This document shows, piece by piece, positions 62,535 through 64,000 of a stretch of DNA of 64,000 bases (positions are counted from its first letter, which is position 1; each line of letters starts with the position of its first letter). The position numbers and the translations under genes were made by a program. Origin of the DNA: an uncultured Chloroflexia bacterium. GTDB lineage: Bacteria; Chloroflexota; Anaerolineae; B4-G1; SLSP01. The notes beneath the pieces are model-generated. The model was not told the origin of the DNA. It made no database searches and worked only from the letters and a program-made list of their open reading frames with translations. The stretch covers positions 2,732 to 66,731 of the forward strand of contig CAVOYE010000016.1 in NCBI GenBank assembly GCA_963700595.1, given 5' to 3'.

Positions 62535-63440
62535 TCAAGCCTGAAACGCATTATCAATAAAATCCAGCACCTTATTGATGTTTTCAGATGTATTAAACAG
62601 AGCTTCCCCATGACCGTGTTTGGCATTCAACATGATTTCATAGGTCACACTATCCTGACCATTCGCAGCAGCAAGCTTACAGGCGAAGATAAGGGAACCC
62701 TGATAGGGTACTGTACTATCTGCATTTCCGTGCTGGATTAGCATCGGGGGCAGTCCTTTGCGGACGTAGGTCTCCGGGTTAGCTGCACGAACGACACCAG
62801 GTATCTCTGTAATTTGCTGGCCGAGGATGCATGATTCGGGAGACTCCGGTCCGCTGTGGGCAGATTCTGGAGTCTGCTTAAAACCTGATGCCTCCAGTTG
62901 TTCGTCCATCAGAAGAAAGTCCGTGGGTGGGAACCAGGCGACAACCGCCTGTACTGCTGACGTGTATTCCGCATTGCCCAGTGACGGGTCGTCCAGTTCG
63001 TCGATGCCTTCGGATACCCCGGCCATAAGCGCCAGATACCCTCCGGCAGACCCTCCCCACACAGCAATCTGATCTGAATCGAAGTTGTGTTCTGCGGCTT
63101 TCGCACGAACCCAGCGGATAACGGCTTTCATGTCCTGTACCAACGCCGGGAAGATCGCTTCTCCACTCATACGGTAGTTGATGGACACGACCGCGTAACC
63201 GCGATGCAAGCCTTGCAGCGTTGGCGTGAGTTGCATATCGCGCTTATCACCACCCCGGAACGCCCCACCGTGTACCGATATGATAACCGGGAAAGGACCA
63301 ACACCTTCATCAGGCCAATAAATATCCAGTGCCTGCGCCTTGGAAATGTCAGCATACGCTATGTCGAATTTTTTGCGTTTAATGTAGCCGGTATTGGCTT
63401 TGGGGATGCGGTTGTTGTCAGGCTGTGGACCAGTCTCCAT
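62535..63440 (-). CDS. alpha/beta hydrolase (carboxylesterase/lipase-like)
   Basis: Oxyanion motif HGGAF and nucleophile elbow GGSAGG. Confidence 0.8.
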   Translation of the reverse strand: METGPQPDNNRIPKANTGYIKRKKFDIAYADISKAQALDIYWPDEGVGPFPVIISVHGGAFRGGDKRDMQLTPTLQGLHRGYAVVSINYRMSGEAIFPALVQDMKAVIRWVRAKAAEHNFDSDQIAVWGGSAGGYLALMAGVSEGIDELDDPSLGNAEYTSAVQAVVAWFPPTDFLLMDEQLEASGFKQTPESAHSGPESPESCILGQQITEIPGVVRAANPETYVRKGLPPMLIQHGNADSTVPYQGSLIFACKLAAANGQDSVTYEIMLNAKHGHGEALFNTSENINKVLDFIDNAFQA

Positions 63441-63744
63441 GAATTAACTCCTTGAGAAATGATGAAAGCAGCATTAATCTGTATTCTACGTGTGTATGGA
63501 TGGTGAAGCAATTCACATTGGCGTTCCCCTTGATGAATCGATCGCCAGCAATATTGTGCTGGCATGGCTGAAAAGCAGACAGCTTTCCAGAACCGCCAGA
63601 ACCTTTGTCGATTTTATGCGAAAAAAGCTGGTATAGGGTTGCTGGCGGCGCTACAACGTCAACACCAGTCTGCATTTTGGATTATAATAACTGCAGGTAA
63701 CGACTTCTTATCATGTCCACACTTGAGAATAGAGGAGAAAAGCG

Positions 63745-64000
63745 ATGAAAAAAAATATAGTTATCGTATTGCTGATTTTTACAGTTTTCTTGAGTGCGTG
63801 CGGTCTGAAGTTTGAGCGCAATTCGGATGGGTCGATAGAGATGGAGTTGAGCATGGACGAGGAAACACTCCAAACGAGAATTCAGCAGTCTATCAGAGAT
63901 CCCCTTATCCAGGACTTTAGCGTTGAACTGCAGAACGGTTACACAGTCGTTTCAGGCACGCGAAAAAATGCGCAAAACGACAATCTGGATACTATGCGCT
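63745..64000 (+). CDS. putative lipoprotein (5' part; continues beyond window)
   Basis: Not in the ORF track because it has no stop within the window. The ATG follows agaggag. Signal peptide MKKNIVIVLLIFTVFLSAC carries a lipobox Cys. Confidence 0.65.
   Translation, partial: MKKNIVIVLLIFTVFLSACGLKFERNSDGSIEMELSMDEETLQTRIQQSIRDPLIQDFSVELQNGYTVVSGTRKNAQNDNLDTMR

Overview
The window is a 64 kb chromosomal segment with no rRNA, tRNA, CRISPR array or recognisable transposase. It holds about 50 protein genes of mostly metabolic function. By gene content it resembles an anaerobic or facultative saccharolytic bacterium, possibly Chloroflexota (Anaerolineae-like); that placement is inference only.

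Gene content, in order:
- 600-5554: a complete oleABCD-type olefin cluster.
- 5903-12866: mgtE behind a long structured leader, a GH31 alpha-glucosidase, a NUDIX hydrolase, and a ferredoxin plus tungsten-type aldehyde:ferredoxin oxidoreductase pair.
- 12888-22832: a co-directional minus-strand array with LarA, a Tat-less RdhA-like Fe-S protein, an NAD-binding dehydrogenase, two tandem aldo/keto reductase paralogs, a Cys-type sulfatase, a beta-propeller lactonase and a hypothetical protein.
- 22966-30422: an FAD oxidoreductase, a SulP-STAS-rhodanese fusion transporter, GlpX, and an anaerobic sulfatase-maturating radical-SAM enzyme with a SEC-C tail.
- 30500-33100: a visibly AT-richer, almost gene-free stretch with hairpin-containing repeats.
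- 33164-36613: a 2-oxoacid dehydrogenase E1(alpha-beta fusion)/E2 pair.
- 36730-50365: a DeoR regulator divergent from a 13-gene, 12.6 kb plus-strand operon-like array of unassigned function.
- 50537-64000: assorted hydrolases and transporters.

Main findings:
1. A previously unnamed family of structured non-coding repeats. Two full copies of about 250 nt have three covarying hairpins, and a third copy keeps only the 5' module. Each sits upstream of a gene.
2. At least 13 single-nucleotide frame breaks in otherwise well-conserved genes. This points to assembly indels or recent gene decay.
3. The uncharacterised DeoR-linked 13-gene array.

All functional calls rest on motif and family recognition by eye. 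No searches were run.
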